From Candidatus Latescibacterota bacterium (GTDB lineage Bacteria; Latescibacterota; UBA2968; UBA8231), in the NCBI GenBank assembly GCA_965208105.1, contig OZ242318.1:3264001-3328000 (forward strand): a stretch of DNA of 64,000 bases, written 5' to 3'. Positions 9,886 to 19,079 of this stretch are shown in pieces. A program made the position numbers and the translations under genes. The notes below the pieces were generated by a model. It made no database searches, had not been told where the DNA came from, and was given only the letters and a program-made list of their open reading frames with translations. Positions within the stretch are counted from its first letter, which is position 1. Each line of letters begins with the position of its first letter.

Positions 9886-10052
9886 CTAGTGCCTGCTTGC
9901 GTAAGTAAGCGTACGAACGAGGGCGCAGAAGCGCCCGGCTCGCAAGGCGCCTGAGCGAGTCGTACCTGGAGTGTACGGCGAGGGAGGGCAACGCCGCGAG
10001 CCGGGATGCAGCGGAGGCCGAATTCACGCGGAATTGCGCAAGCAGGCACTAG
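9886..10052 (+). mobile_element. MITE-like element type B (167 bp)
   Basis: Perfect 16-bp terminal inverted repeats CTAGTGCCTGCTTGCG...CGCAAGCAGGCACTAG; 165/167 identical to the reverse complement of 61831-61997. Confidence 0.92.
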
Positions 10053-10153
10053 ATGGAATCTTGCCGAGGTTTCTTGGATTGAACCGGCGGTGAGACTCGA
10101 GATGGGGTGCTGAAGGTGTGCTGCCGATCCCCCGTGAAGAACAGAGGCAATTG

Positions 10154-10552
10154 ATGATGAAACAGGTGATTGTCTACGACGGCGAGTGCCGTTTCTGTCT
10201 GTGGAGTGTGAGTCGGATCGAAAGACTCGACCGCCGGAGGCAATTCGAGTACCTGCCGCGCCAATGTCCGGAGGTGGAGCAGCGCTTCCCGTTTTTGGCC
10301 GATGCCGATTTCAACACCGGCCTGCGGCTGGTGGTTGACGGTGAGAATGTCTACGTCGGGGCCGATTCGGTGTACCAGATATATCGCCGCATACCGCCCT
10401 TCCATCTGGTCGCCTGGCTCTACCGATTGCCAATCCTGGACAGAATGGTGAAATGGTGCTACGCATTCATTGCCCGCAACCGCCATCGCTTCGGCAAGGT
10501 TGAATGTGACACTGGCACTTGCTCTCCAGTCAAATCTGCTTCCAGGACCTGA
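10154..10552 (+). CDS. DCC1-like thiol-disulfide oxidoreductase (DUF393)
   Basis: N-terminal IVYDGECRFC and C-terminal YAFIARNRHR motifs. Confidence 0.88.
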   Translation: MMKQVIVYDGECRFCLWSVSRIERLDRRRQFEYLPRQCPEVEQRFPFLADADFNTGLRLVVDGENVYVGADSVYQIYRRIPPFHLVAWLYRLPILDRMVKWCYAFIARNRHRFGKVECDTGTCSPVKSASRT

Positions 10553-10652
10553 GGTCCCCCGAGGGAACCCCCGTTGGTTTGCCGCCATCCGAAAATTTGA
10601 TCACGCCCTTCGATCCGGCGCGAAAGTTCCGGAACTCTCCTGCTGACAAGCC

Positions 10653-12290
10653 TCACCATCCGAGGGCATAGCCGTCCCGCCTGGGGTCCGCACCACCCAT
10701 GAAGGATCCTGTGTCTGCGTCGACGGCGATGCCTTGACCGCCTCCCAACATGGCGGACCAATCTCCCACCAGGTTGAATTGGTGGCCCATGCTTTGCATC
10801 TCTTCAATAACCCCGGGGGAGATACGTGTCTCTGCGTCGATCGTGTAACCGGGAGAGGTGATTTTTGCTCGCGCGGCCTCAATGGCCGCCTGGATGTTCA
10901 TGGAGTGGTCGAGGAAATTCATAATCATCTGCGGTGTTGTCTGCAGGATGCCGTAGCTGCCCGGAGTTCCTATGAGAAGGCGCAGGCCGTAGTCGTCCCA
11001 GATTTGGACGGGGGACATGCACATTTCGTTCTTCTTGGATGGTCCTATGGCATTGGGGCTGCGGGGTTCCAAATCGAACCAGTTCATGAAGTTGTTCAAG
11101 GCGATACCGGTGCCGGGCACGACCATGCCGGAGCCGAAGGCCGAGCCCAGGCTTTGGGTCACCGCGACGGCATTCCCGGCGGAATCGATCGCATCGAAGT
11201 GGGTCGTGCACTCGGTGGTCATCCATGCATAGGGGTCGCCGGCAAGCACCTCTCCCGGCATTTTGACAGCCGTGTAGCGCTCGCCGCCGCCGGGCTGGGC
11301 GCGGCTGCCGATCAGTTGGCGCCGGGCGTTGGCGAATTTCTTGGAGAGGAGGCCTGCCGCAGGTGGGTCCGGTATGGCCGCGAACTCGGCCCGGTCGGCT
11401 GTGGCCAGCTTGGCCGCTTCGATGAAGCGGTGAAGAGTCGCGCTGGAGTTGTGGCCCATTTCGCCCACATCGAACCCCTCCATGATGTTGAGGATTTCCA
11501 GATACTGGACGGCCTGGCAAGGGGGTGGAGGGGCATAGATCCGGTAGCCGCGGTAGTCGGTGCAGACAGGTTCGAGCCAGGCTGGCTGGAATGATGAGAG
11601 GTCTTCGCTGCCGAGGAGGCCGCCGGCCTCGGCCATATGGCGGCAGATGCGGGCGGAGATCTCTCCCTGGTAGAAGATTTCGGGGCCCTCCGCCGCAACG
11701 AGGCGCAGGGTACGCGCAAGGTCCTGTTGCCGCAGCACTTCGCCGGGCCTCGGCGGCTTGCCGTCGAAGAGATAGTTGGAAGCTGAGGAAGAGTGAGCCA
11801 GGAGGAGGTGCAGCTGCTGCTCGAAGAATTCGCTGTTCTTAACCGTCAGGGCAAAGCCCTGTTCGGCATACTCGATGGCCGGTGCAAAGACGGTGGCGGC
11901 GTCCATGCTGCCGTAGCATTCAAGGGCCTCGAGCCAGCCGCCACAGGCGCCGGGCACTATGGGCGAAAGTGGACCGCGCAGCTCGTTTTCCGTCGGCTCG
12001 TAGAGTTTCAGGTCCGCAGACCCGGGTGTCAGTCCAATGTAGTCGAGCACTTTGTGCTCGTTGCGGGCGGCACTGTAGATGTGCATGTAGCCAATTCCGC
12101 CGATGCCGGACATGTAGGGCTCGACCACGTTGAGGGCGGCGGCGGTGCCCACGGCTGCGTCTATGGCGTTTCCGCCCTGTACGAGGATGCGCAGACCGGC
12201 TGCGGAGGCGAGAGGATGAGCGGAGGCGACCATTCCGCGCCGTCCGGTCACTGTCGATCGATGCGCCGTCCCCTGCACGGAGAAGGCCAT
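10653..12290 (-). CDS. ggt: Gamma-glutamyltransferase family protein
   Basis: GGNAIDAA, VVEPYMSGIGG, CTTHFDAID (autocleavage Thr), GTPGSY, GADPRRDG. Confidence 0.93.
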   Translation of the reverse strand: MAFSVQGTAHRSTVTGRRGMVASAHPLASAAGLRILVQGGNAIDAAVGTAAALNVVEPYMSGIGGIGYMHIYSAARNEHKVLDYIGLTPGSADLKLYEPTENELRGPLSPIVPGACGGWLEALECYGSMDAATVFAPAIEYAEQGFALTVKNSEFFEQQLHLLLAHSSSASNYLFDGKPPRPGEVLRQQDLARTLRLVAAEGPEIFYQGEISARICRHMAEAGGLLGSEDLSSFQPAWLEPVCTDYRGYRIYAPPPPCQAVQYLEILNIMEGFDVGEMGHNSSATLHRFIEAAKLATADRAEFAAIPDPPAAGLLSKKFANARRQLIGSRAQPGGGERYTAVKMPGEVLAGDPYAWMTTECTTHFDAIDSAGNAVAVTQSLGSAFGSGMVVPGTGIALNNFMNWFDLEPRSPNAIGPSKKNEMCMSPVQIWDDYGLRLLIGTPGSYGILQTTPQMIMNFLDHSMNIQAAIEAARAKITSPGYTIDAETRISPGVIEEMQSMGHQFNLVGDWSAMLGGGQGIAVDADTGSFMGGADPRRDGYALGW

Positions 12291-12386
12291 TGGACAGATC
12301 TCCTTTCGGGATATAGGTTTTCGCAAAGCATAAGTGAGTAAATCGCAAAGGTCAAGTACTCCTGACCAGAGGCGGGAGGGAAATTC

Positions 12387-13430
12387 ATGTCAGGAAAAAT
12401 CGTGGATCTGAGAAGCGATACCATCACCTTGCCGACGCGGGAAATGATGGAGGCCATGGCTCGGGCTCCGCTGGGTGATGATGTTTACAACGAAGATCCC
12501 ACCGTCAACCGGTTGCAGGAATTGGCGGCCGCAAAGATGGGGATGGAAGCCGCTCTCTACGTCCCCAGCGGGACCATGGGGAATACCTGCGCCCTGCTGG
12601 CCCACACCTTTCCGGGACAGGAGGTCGTCTTTGAAGAGTTTTCCCATATGTACAGGTTTGAATCCGGGGCATATGCCAACATTGCCGGATTGTCCGCCCG
12701 CCTCGTCAAGGGCCGTCACGGCATTATCCGCCCCGAACAGCTGCAGGAATGCATCGAGGGATGCGGCGCGCGTTTTTCTGAACTGAGGTTGGTGTGCATT
12801 GAAAACACCTATAACTTCAGCGGGGGCTCGGCCTGGACGCCCGGAGAGGTGGAAGCCGTTTCCGAGGTGGCAAGGAGAAACAACCTGAAGCTGCACGCGG
12901 ACGGGGCGCGCATTTTCAATGCTGCCGTGGCTCTCGGCGTGGATGTGAAGGCTTATTCGCGGCATCTGGATTCGATAATGTTTTGTCTTTCGAAGTCCCT
13001 GAGCGCCCCGGTGGGGTCGTTGTTGTGCGGTAGCCGCGCGTTTATCGATAGAGCTTGCCAAATGCGCAGGCGCCTGGGCGGTGCCATGCGCCAGGCTGGT
13101 GTGTTGGCCGCGGCCGGAATCGTGGCTCTCGAAAAAATGGTAGACCGTCTGGCTGAAGATCACGAGAAGGCGAGGTTGCTTCGCGAAGGGTTGCAAGCCA
13201 TTGATGGGCTCGAGTTGTCCATTCCTCCCGTATCGACCAATATGGTCATAGTGGACGTGAAGAAGCTGGGCTGGAGTTCCGAGGACCTGTGTGCAAAGTG
13301 GAAGGCCTGCGGCATTCTGGGCGTTATGCGGCCCCCTACCCGGTGCCGCCTGGTTGCCCACAGGCATACTACCATGGAAGAGGTTGACTACGTGGTAGAA
13401 AGTACGAGCAGGCTGGTCAGTGCAGGGTGA
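12387..13430 (+). CDS. ltaE: Low-specificity L-threonine aldolase
   Basis: DLRSDTIT, GDDVYNEDPTV, PSGTMGN, HADGARIFNA, CLSKSLSAPVGS, GGAMRQAG. Confidence 0.92.
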   Translation: MSGKIVDLRSDTITLPTREMMEAMARAPLGDDVYNEDPTVNRLQELAAAKMGMEAALYVPSGTMGNTCALLAHTFPGQEVVFEEFSHMYRFESGAYANIAGLSARLVKGRHGIIRPEQLQECIEGCGARFSELRLVCIENTYNFSGGSAWTPGEVEAVSEVARRNNLKLHADGARIFNAAVALGVDVKAYSRHLDSIMFCLSKSLSAPVGSLLCGSRAFIDRACQMRRRLGGAMRQAGVLAAAGIVALEKMVDRLAEDHEKARLLREGLQAIDGLELSIPPVSTNMVIVDVKKLGWSSEDLCAKWKACGILGVMRPPTRCRLVAHRHTTMEEVDYVVESTSRLVSAG

Positions 13431-13535
13431 TCCTTGATGTGAGTCCCGGACGAAATGTCCTGTAGAGGCGGGGTGCCTCGCCGTCGGGGGCCATTCAATC
13501 AACCGGGTAGAGATCTTATCGGGTCAGTTTTCGAG

Positions 13536-16004
13536 ATGAAGGGATATGGACCAGGCCGGCTTCGAATGGGAAGTCTGGCTGTTTTTTTAGGTTTGGCCGT
13601 CGGTGTATGGACCTTGATGGAAGGAGCCGGCCGGTGGGAGGTGCGGGCCGCTGCGGGGGCAGCAGGAGGTAATTTGAAGAATGCGGATGGGTCGTGGAAG
13701 TACACCAACAACCTCGCCGGCGAGACCAGTCCATATTTGCTGCTCCACGCGCACAATCCGGTGAAGTGGTATCCCTGGGGAGCGGAGGCCCTAAACCGGG
13801 CCCGCAGGGAGAACATGCCCATCTTTCTCTCCGTTGGGTATTCCACCTGTTACTGGTGCCACGTAATGGAGCGGCTGGTCTTCTCTGACGAGGAAATCGC
13901 CGCCTTGATGAACGAGTGGTTCGTCAACATAAAGGTGGACCGGGAGGAGCGGCCGGATATAGATCAGATCTATATGAACGCCACCTATCTCATCAGCGGC
14001 CACGGAGGCTGGCCGAACTCGGTCTTTCTGACCCCGAACCTCGAGCCGTTTTTTGCCGGGACCTATTTCCCGCCGGAGGATTCGCAGCGTCTGCCGGGTT
14101 TTCCGCGCGTCCTGAAGGCTGTGCACAGTGCCTGGAATGATCGCCGCAAGGAGGTCCTGGAGATGGCCGCGCAGATGGTGTCGGAGATACGCCGCCTGGA
14201 GGAAGGAGAGCAGGGCCTGGCCGTGGAATTCGATCCGGAGGTGGCGAACCAGGCCCTCGGCAGGATAATGGAACTCTACGATGGGCGCAGTGGTGGCTTT
14301 GGAGGCGCGCCCAAATTCCCTCCCAGCATAAGGCTGGAGTTTTTGCTCTCCGCCTGGGAGGAAAGAGGAGACGAGCGCGTCCGCGAGATCGTTTCCCACA
14401 CCCTCGATGCCATGGCCCAAGGCGGCATTTACGATCAGGTGGGGGGTGGATTCCACAGGTATTCGACCGATGCTCGATGGCAGATTCCGCACTTTGAGAA
14501 AATGCTTTACAACCAGGCCCAGCTTGCCCGGACCTACCTGCGCGGATATCGAATTACCGGGGCGGAGCCATGGCGGCGCGTGGCCGAGGAAATTTTCGAG
14601 TTCGTGCGCCGCGAGATGACCTCGGAAGCCGGGTCCTTTCATTCCGCCCTGGATGCAGAAACGGAGGCGGTGGAAGGGAAATACTACCTGTGGACGGCGA
14701 AGGAGATCGAAGAGGCGCTGGCAGAGGAGGCCAGGCTGTTCTTCGAAGTCTACGAGTTGGCTCCAATGCCCGAGGAGGAGGGTGGAGTAATCTGCATGAA
14801 AAGGTCCCTGGAGGAGGCAGCCAAGGGCCTGGGGATGGATTCGGCCGCCCTCCGAAGCGAGGTAGAGATTTTGATGGGCCGTCTGCTGAATGTCCGCTCA
14901 AGGCGAACCTATCCGCTGCTGGACGACAAGGTGTTGACTGCGTGGAACGGCATGATGATAGATGCCTACTCCATGGGGTACGGAATCCTGCGGGAGCCAG
15001 CCTACCTTGGCGCGGCCGTTGCGGCGGCCGAGTTCGTCCTGGAGAATCTGCGGATGCCTGACGGCAGTTTGAAGCGGGTGTACCGCCTGGGACAGGCAAG
15101 GTACGATGCTTATCTGGAGGATTATGCCTACTTCTCTCAAGGACTTTTCAGTCTCTACCGGACCACCGGAGAGGAGCGCTGGCTGAAGGCCGGACGCGGG
15201 CTCGTCGACCAGATGATAAGGAGGTTCTGGGACGAGGAAGAAGGAGGGTTCTTCTTTGCGGAAGGCGGCGCGGACCTCATCGTGCGCAGCAAGAACGCCA
15301 GGGATTCGGCCCTGCCTGCGGCCAACGCCGTGGCCGTGCACTGCCTGCTGGATCTGGCGCGGTGGACGGATGAGGAAATTTATATGGAAAAGGCGCGGAA
15401 GACCCTTTTCGCCTTTGGTGGAATGATGAGAAACCGTCCGTCCAGCTTCATTCACATGATCGCCGCAGCAGATAAACTGATTGCAGGAAAAGTGGTTGAG
15501 CCAGATAATGCAGCGATGGACGGGCTGCCACCCGTGGAGGTGATTGGACTGCCACCTGCAGCTGTGATTCCCCCGCAGAATCTGGTCGATGCCCGGGTGG
15601 TTCTCTCAGAGGAGAGGCCGGCAGCGGGTCAGAATTTCAATATTGCGGTCCACCTCGATATCAGCGCAGGTTGGCACATCAACGCCCACCCCGCATCCGA
15701 TGAAATGCTCATTCCTACCTCGCTCACCCTGAACGCGGACCTTCCCATGGAAATAGTCGATGTAGTATATCCGCCATCCGAACCGCTCTACCTGGCGGCC
15801 CTGGGTGATACCCTCGAGGTGTACAAGGATCAGGTCGTCCTGCGCGCGGACCTGCGGATGAAGGAGGAAGCGGTAGGCGGACAGAAGGGTGAGTTGCGTC
15901 TGCTGGTGCAGTACCAGGCCTGCGACGAGATGCGCTGTTTACCCCCGGCCGAGCTGGACAGGGCGATAGTCGTGGAGGTGGCGGCCGAGGGGAGTGGACC
16001 TTAA
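13536..16004 (+). CDS. YyaL/SSP411-type thioredoxin-domain protein (DUF255) with C-terminal DsbD-N-like domain
   Basis: [54 protein letters not shown]; C-terminal GWHINA...[12 protein letters not shown]; start codon uncertain. Confidence 0.85.
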   Translation: MKGYGPGRLRMGSLAVFLGLAVGVWTLMEGAGRWEVRAAAGAAGGNLKNADGSWKYTNNLAGETSPYLLLHAHNPVKWYPWGAEALNRARRENMPIFLSVGYSTCYWCHVMERLVFSDEEIAALMNEWFVNIKVDREERPDIDQIYMNATYLISGHGGWPNSVFLTPNLEPFFAGTYFPPEDSQRLPGFPRVLKAVHSAWNDRRKEVLEMAAQMVSEIRRLEEGEQGLAVEFDPEVANQALGRIMELYDGRSGGFGGAPKFPPSIRLEFLLSAWEERGDERVREIVSHTLDAMAQGGIYDQVGGGFHRYSTDARWQIPHFEKMLYNQAQLARTYLRGYRITGAEPWRRVAEEIFEFVRREMTSEAGSFHSALDAETEAVEGKYYLWTAKEIEEALAEEARLFFEVYELAPMPEEEGGVICMKRSLEEAAKGLGMDSAALRSEVEILMGRLLNVRSRRTYPLLDDKVLTAWNGMMIDAYSMGYGILREPAYLGAAVAAAEFVLENLRMPDGSLKRVYRLGQARYDAYLEDYAYFSQGLFSLYRTTGEERWLKAGRGLVDQMIRRFWDEEEGGFFFAEGGADLIVRSKNARDSALPAANAVAVHCLLDLARWTDEEIYMEKARKTLFAFGGMMRNRPSSFIHMIAAADKLIAGKVVEPDNAAMDGLPPVEVIGLPPAAVIPPQNLVDARVVLSEERPAAGQNFNIAVHLDISAGWHINAHPASDEMLIPTSLTLNADLPMEIVDVVYPPSEPLYLAALGDTLEVYKDQVVLRADLRMKEEAVGGQKGELRLLVQYQACDEMRCLPPAELDRAIVVEVAAEGSGP

Positions 16005-16005
16005 A

Positions 16006-16061
16006 AGCCCGTTGAAAAAGTCCATCCGGCCTCGCCTGCAGAGCAACTTTATCAACGGGCT
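16006..16061. repeat. Short inverted repeat, likely a collapsed MITE (type C); may act as a terminator between convergent genes
   Basis: AGCCCGTTGAAAAAGT (16006-16021) pairs with ACTTTATCAACGGGCT (16046-16061), 15/16; begins right after the TAA stop. Confidence 0.6.
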
Positions 16062-16117
16062 GTCAGGGCAGCCAGGCCGTGGAATCAGGCCCCCGGCAAA
16101 GGCGCCCCAGATTATAG

Positions 16118-17164
16118 TTACGTCAGTTGCCCTGCGCAGGAACTGCCGGATCCGGCAGTGCAGCCATAGCAGTGATCGGCAAGCGCAATGGGGCCTTGGT
16201 TGAATATATCAAGGGAATCTGTGGACCAGATAGTACGGGGCTCGTTGGCTGCGGGGATCTCCGCCATCTGGTTGAAGTCGCAGTCGTAGATCCGGCCATC
16301 CCAGCCTATGGAGATGAGGTCGCGGCACATGACGTTTTCCAGGGCCCTGGTGTTGAAGTGGCTGACCATCATGGTCATATACTCCTCGAGCCTGTTCATG
16401 TGCACGAGGTCATAGAGGAAACGCTTGATCGGCATATTGGCGATGGTGAAGAGTTTGTTGAACTCGATGCCGAAGTCCTCCAGAAGTTTTCCCTTGTAGT
16501 CCCTTTCCAGTTCCTCCTGGTCCGGGGGCAAAAAAGGCCCCACCGGATTGTAGACGAGGTTGAGGATGAGCCCCGTGTCCGGTTTGCCGTATCCCAGGCT
16601 GTTGAGGAGGTGAAGGGCCCTGATGCTCTTGGCGAACACCCCCTGGCCGCGCTGTCTCTCCACGTTGTCCCTGGAATAGCAGGGCAGGGATGCTACGATC
16701 TCGACCTGGTGGTCCCTCAACAATTGAGCGGTATCACCCTGCCCGGGCTCGAGGAGGACGGTTAGATTGCAGCGGTCGATTACCTTCAGACCCCGGCCCC
16801 TTGCTTCCCTGACCAGGTAGGGGAATACCGGATTGAGTTCGGGAGCGCCTCCCGTGAGATCCACGGTTTCCAGGTGTTCGCCGCCGGAGGCATCCAGGAG
16901 TTCCACGATGCGCCCGGCGGTTTCCGGGCTCATTTGCTCCTTGCGCAGAGGGCTGGCTTCGACATGGCAATGCCGGCAGGTCTGATTGCACCGCATGCCG
17001 ACATTGACCTGGAGGACGCGCAGAACTCGGCGTCGAAGGGACAACCGGTTCCGGGCGAGGGTATGGGAAAACGACGGCCAACTGCCGGTGAGCAGATGTC
17101 TGGATGACCCGGGCGTCTCAGTGTTGGTCCGCGGCAGTGTCTGGGACATAATGACTTTGACCAT
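16118..17164 (-). CDS. arsS: Radical SAM protein, ArsS/DUF3641 type
   Basis: QVNVGMRCNQTCRHCHV, DLTGGAPELNP, VIDRCNLT, ASLPCY, YDCDFNQM, HCYGCTAGSGSSC. Confidence 0.85.
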   Translation of the reverse strand: MVKVIMSQTLPRTNTETPGSSRHLLTGSWPSFSHTLARNRLSLRRRVLRVLQVNVGMRCNQTCRHCHVEASPLRKEQMSPETAGRIVELLDASGGEHLETVDLTGGAPELNPVFPYLVREARGRGLKVIDRCNLTVLLEPGQGDTAQLLRDHQVEIVASLPCYSRDNVERQRGQGVFAKSIRALHLLNSLGYGKPDTGLILNLVYNPVGPFLPPDQEELERDYKGKLLEDFGIEFNKLFTIANMPIKRFLYDLVHMNRLEEYMTMMVSHFNTRALENVMCRDLISIGWDGRIYDCDFNQMAEIPAANEPRTIWSTDSLDIFNQGPIALADHCYGCTAGSGSSCAGQLT

Positions 17165-17217
17165 GGAGGAAGACGCAGAAGGATACCATCATTGATGCCT
17201 CGTGGCAAGGATCTCCC

Positions 17218-18150
17218 TCACCACATTCTCCGGAGCATTCCAGTGAAGACCAGGCTCAGGGAGTAAGAGGTTCCGCTCAGGGAATTTTTCCCGGCTGCCA
17301 CGTGGAAGGCATCTCCCTGCAGCGCGAGCCCGTTCCCCAGGGAATACACCAACCCCGGATTCAATTTGAGTGCGTTCTGGTCGCCAATTACCAGGTCGGG
17401 CAGTACCCCTCCGCCTCCTGGAAGGGGAGTGACCACCGTACTGCCCGCAATGTCGGGAGGCTCGGAGGTGTTGTCGATTCCGTGGATATTGAACTTGAAG
17501 AGCGCAGGTCCTGAAGTGAATCCCACTTCGGATGTATAGACGATTTCATCGTTCAGCGTGCCCCCGCGCCGGCGGTAGCCGAGGCCGGCCGTCAGGTAGA
17601 GGGGCAGTGGATGAAGGCTTTTCCCCACCAACAGATGTGCTTCGGCATCCACTTTGGAAGTGCCGAGGGAGGGACCACCACTCGCCGGTACCATCTCATA
17701 TCCCAGTGGAAGCTTGATCCCGCTCTGAACCGAAAAAACCACGGGTTCCGTGCCCAGAATGTGGCGGAGGGAAATGGTCAAATCTCCAGGGCCGAAGGTC
17801 CTGAGTGTTTCCTTGTGTTCGAGAAGACCTCCTCCGAACAGGACAATGCGCTCCGAGGTCAGGCCTTTGTAAGGAAGTGAGGCGACCGCCGTCAAGCGCT
17901 CGGTCCAGCCGTATTCCAGATAGAGGTTCAGGTTGATATCGCGGAACGAGGCACCATGGAAGGCAGTCCTCTCCTCCAGGATATTCCGGCGCCTGCCGAG
18001 GTGATCGAACTCCTCGGTGGTAGAAAAAAAGGAGGAGGTCAACTTCAAATAAAAAGCGTTCTTGTTTTGGACCCAGGCTCCAGCATGAGCGTGGCCAACC
18101 AGGAGGAGAAAGACTGGGATCAGCACGCTCGAATTCGGCACCATGCACAC
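17218..18150 (-). CDS. Exported protein, probable outer-membrane beta-barrel
   Basis: Signal peptide (AHA-GAW), amphipathic beta-strand pattern (LYLEYGWTERLT, GLGYRRRG, YTSEVGF). Confidence 0.6.
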   Translation of the reverse strand: MCMVPNSSVLIPVFLLLVGHAHAGAWVQNKNAFYLKLTSSFFSTTEEFDHLGRRRNILEERTAFHGASFRDINLNLYLEYGWTERLTAVASLPYKGLTSERIVLFGGGLLEHKETLRTFGPGDLTISLRHILGTEPVVFSVQSGIKLPLGYEMVPASGGPSLGTSKVDAEAHLLVGKSLHPLPLYLTAGLGYRRRGGTLNDEIVYTSEVGFTSGPALFKFNIHGIDNTSEPPDIAGSTVVTPLPGGGGVLPDLVIGDQNALKLNPGLVYSLGNGLALQGDAFHVAAGKNSLSGTSYSLSLVFTGMLRRMW

Positions 18151-18159
18151 GCCCTGACT

Positions 18160-18852
18160 TCAATATTTGAGAATTCCAGTGTCGGGATGCATCTTCACCC
18201 AACTGTTCCAGCGGGTATAGGTGGACTCGAATTCGGGCAGCCTGCGGTCGGCGAATTGGCCCCCAATGCAGGTCAGGCCCTCCTCCCCTTCCAGGTGGTA
18301 CCACAAACTTTCGGTTTCGTAATCAAAGAGAATGAAGGTGTTCCTATAAGTCCATCCGCTGGCACTCAGGGTCAGTACTTGATCGTCGACTTCGCGGCTG
18401 TACACGGCAGCCAGGTTCACCAGGGGTCAGTAGGCCACGGCTGCGTGGATGTCTCCGAACTGCTCGTTGGCCACCTCATGGCGGCTCAGCACTGCAATGG
18501 GATAGGCCCTGGCAAAGCCGTTCAGGGAAGTCCCGAGAATCAGGAAATACTCGCTGCTTTCGGGGTAACCCCTGTCATTGGGGAACAACATCTGCGGGTT
18601 CATAATCGGACGGATGGCGTAGGGGCCCAGGCCGTACTGGTAGCCCGAGGGTACCAGTCCGTACTTGTCCCGGGCGTGAGTCACGTCCCACCTTTTCCCG
18701 GTGCGGTCCGTGATGAAGACCGTTTCCCTCTGTTCGACGGCCACTGTCTGCCTGGTTTGCGGCGTGGAGTGGGTTGCGGTATCGCCGCCACAACCCCCGA
18801 TGCAGCAGGCGGCAAGAAGTGTGATGAGCTCCATGCTGGTCCGCGATTTCAT
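18160..18852 (-). CDS. DUF3179-domain lipoprotein, probable selenoprotein (in-frame TGA at 18427-18429)
   Basis: Track ORFs 18427..19068 and 18160..18420 are in the same frame. Joined, they read ARAYPIAVLSRHEVANE..VAY-TGA-PLVNLAAVYSR..SGWTY..LFDYETESLW..WNSWVKMHPDT, matching the DUF3179 pattern with TGA at the Cys of the YCPL motif. Confidence 0.8.
18395..18413 (-). promoter_or_regulatory. Candidate bacterial SECIS hairpin
   Basis: mRNA UGA-CCCCUGGUGAACC-UGGCUG-CCGUGUA-CAGCCG: stem about 14 nt after the UGA, with a GU-containing loop. Confidence 0.5.
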
Positions 18853-19079
18853 TTCTTCGTTCCTGTGGACAAGGGTGGTTTGCCTTCGGATGCATCGTCG
18901 ATGATCGAATTTCAAGAGCCGATTATAGTGTAATAGTTGCGAAAGGAAGTTGCGAATATTTTCTACGAAGCTGCAGACTGCTTGTGGGGGATGTATACGG
19001 TTGGCGCCCAGCTTTCTATCAGGGAGGTCCTGCCGTATATTTAGCGGTTGCATCACATCGGGGATCACAGGAGGAGATC

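Noticed and set aside
9804-10049. Small ORFs MPACAIPREFG.. occurring twice (also 61834-62028)
   Set aside because: Translations of MITE B; no RBS, different lengths, and not preserved as a consistent ORF in type A.
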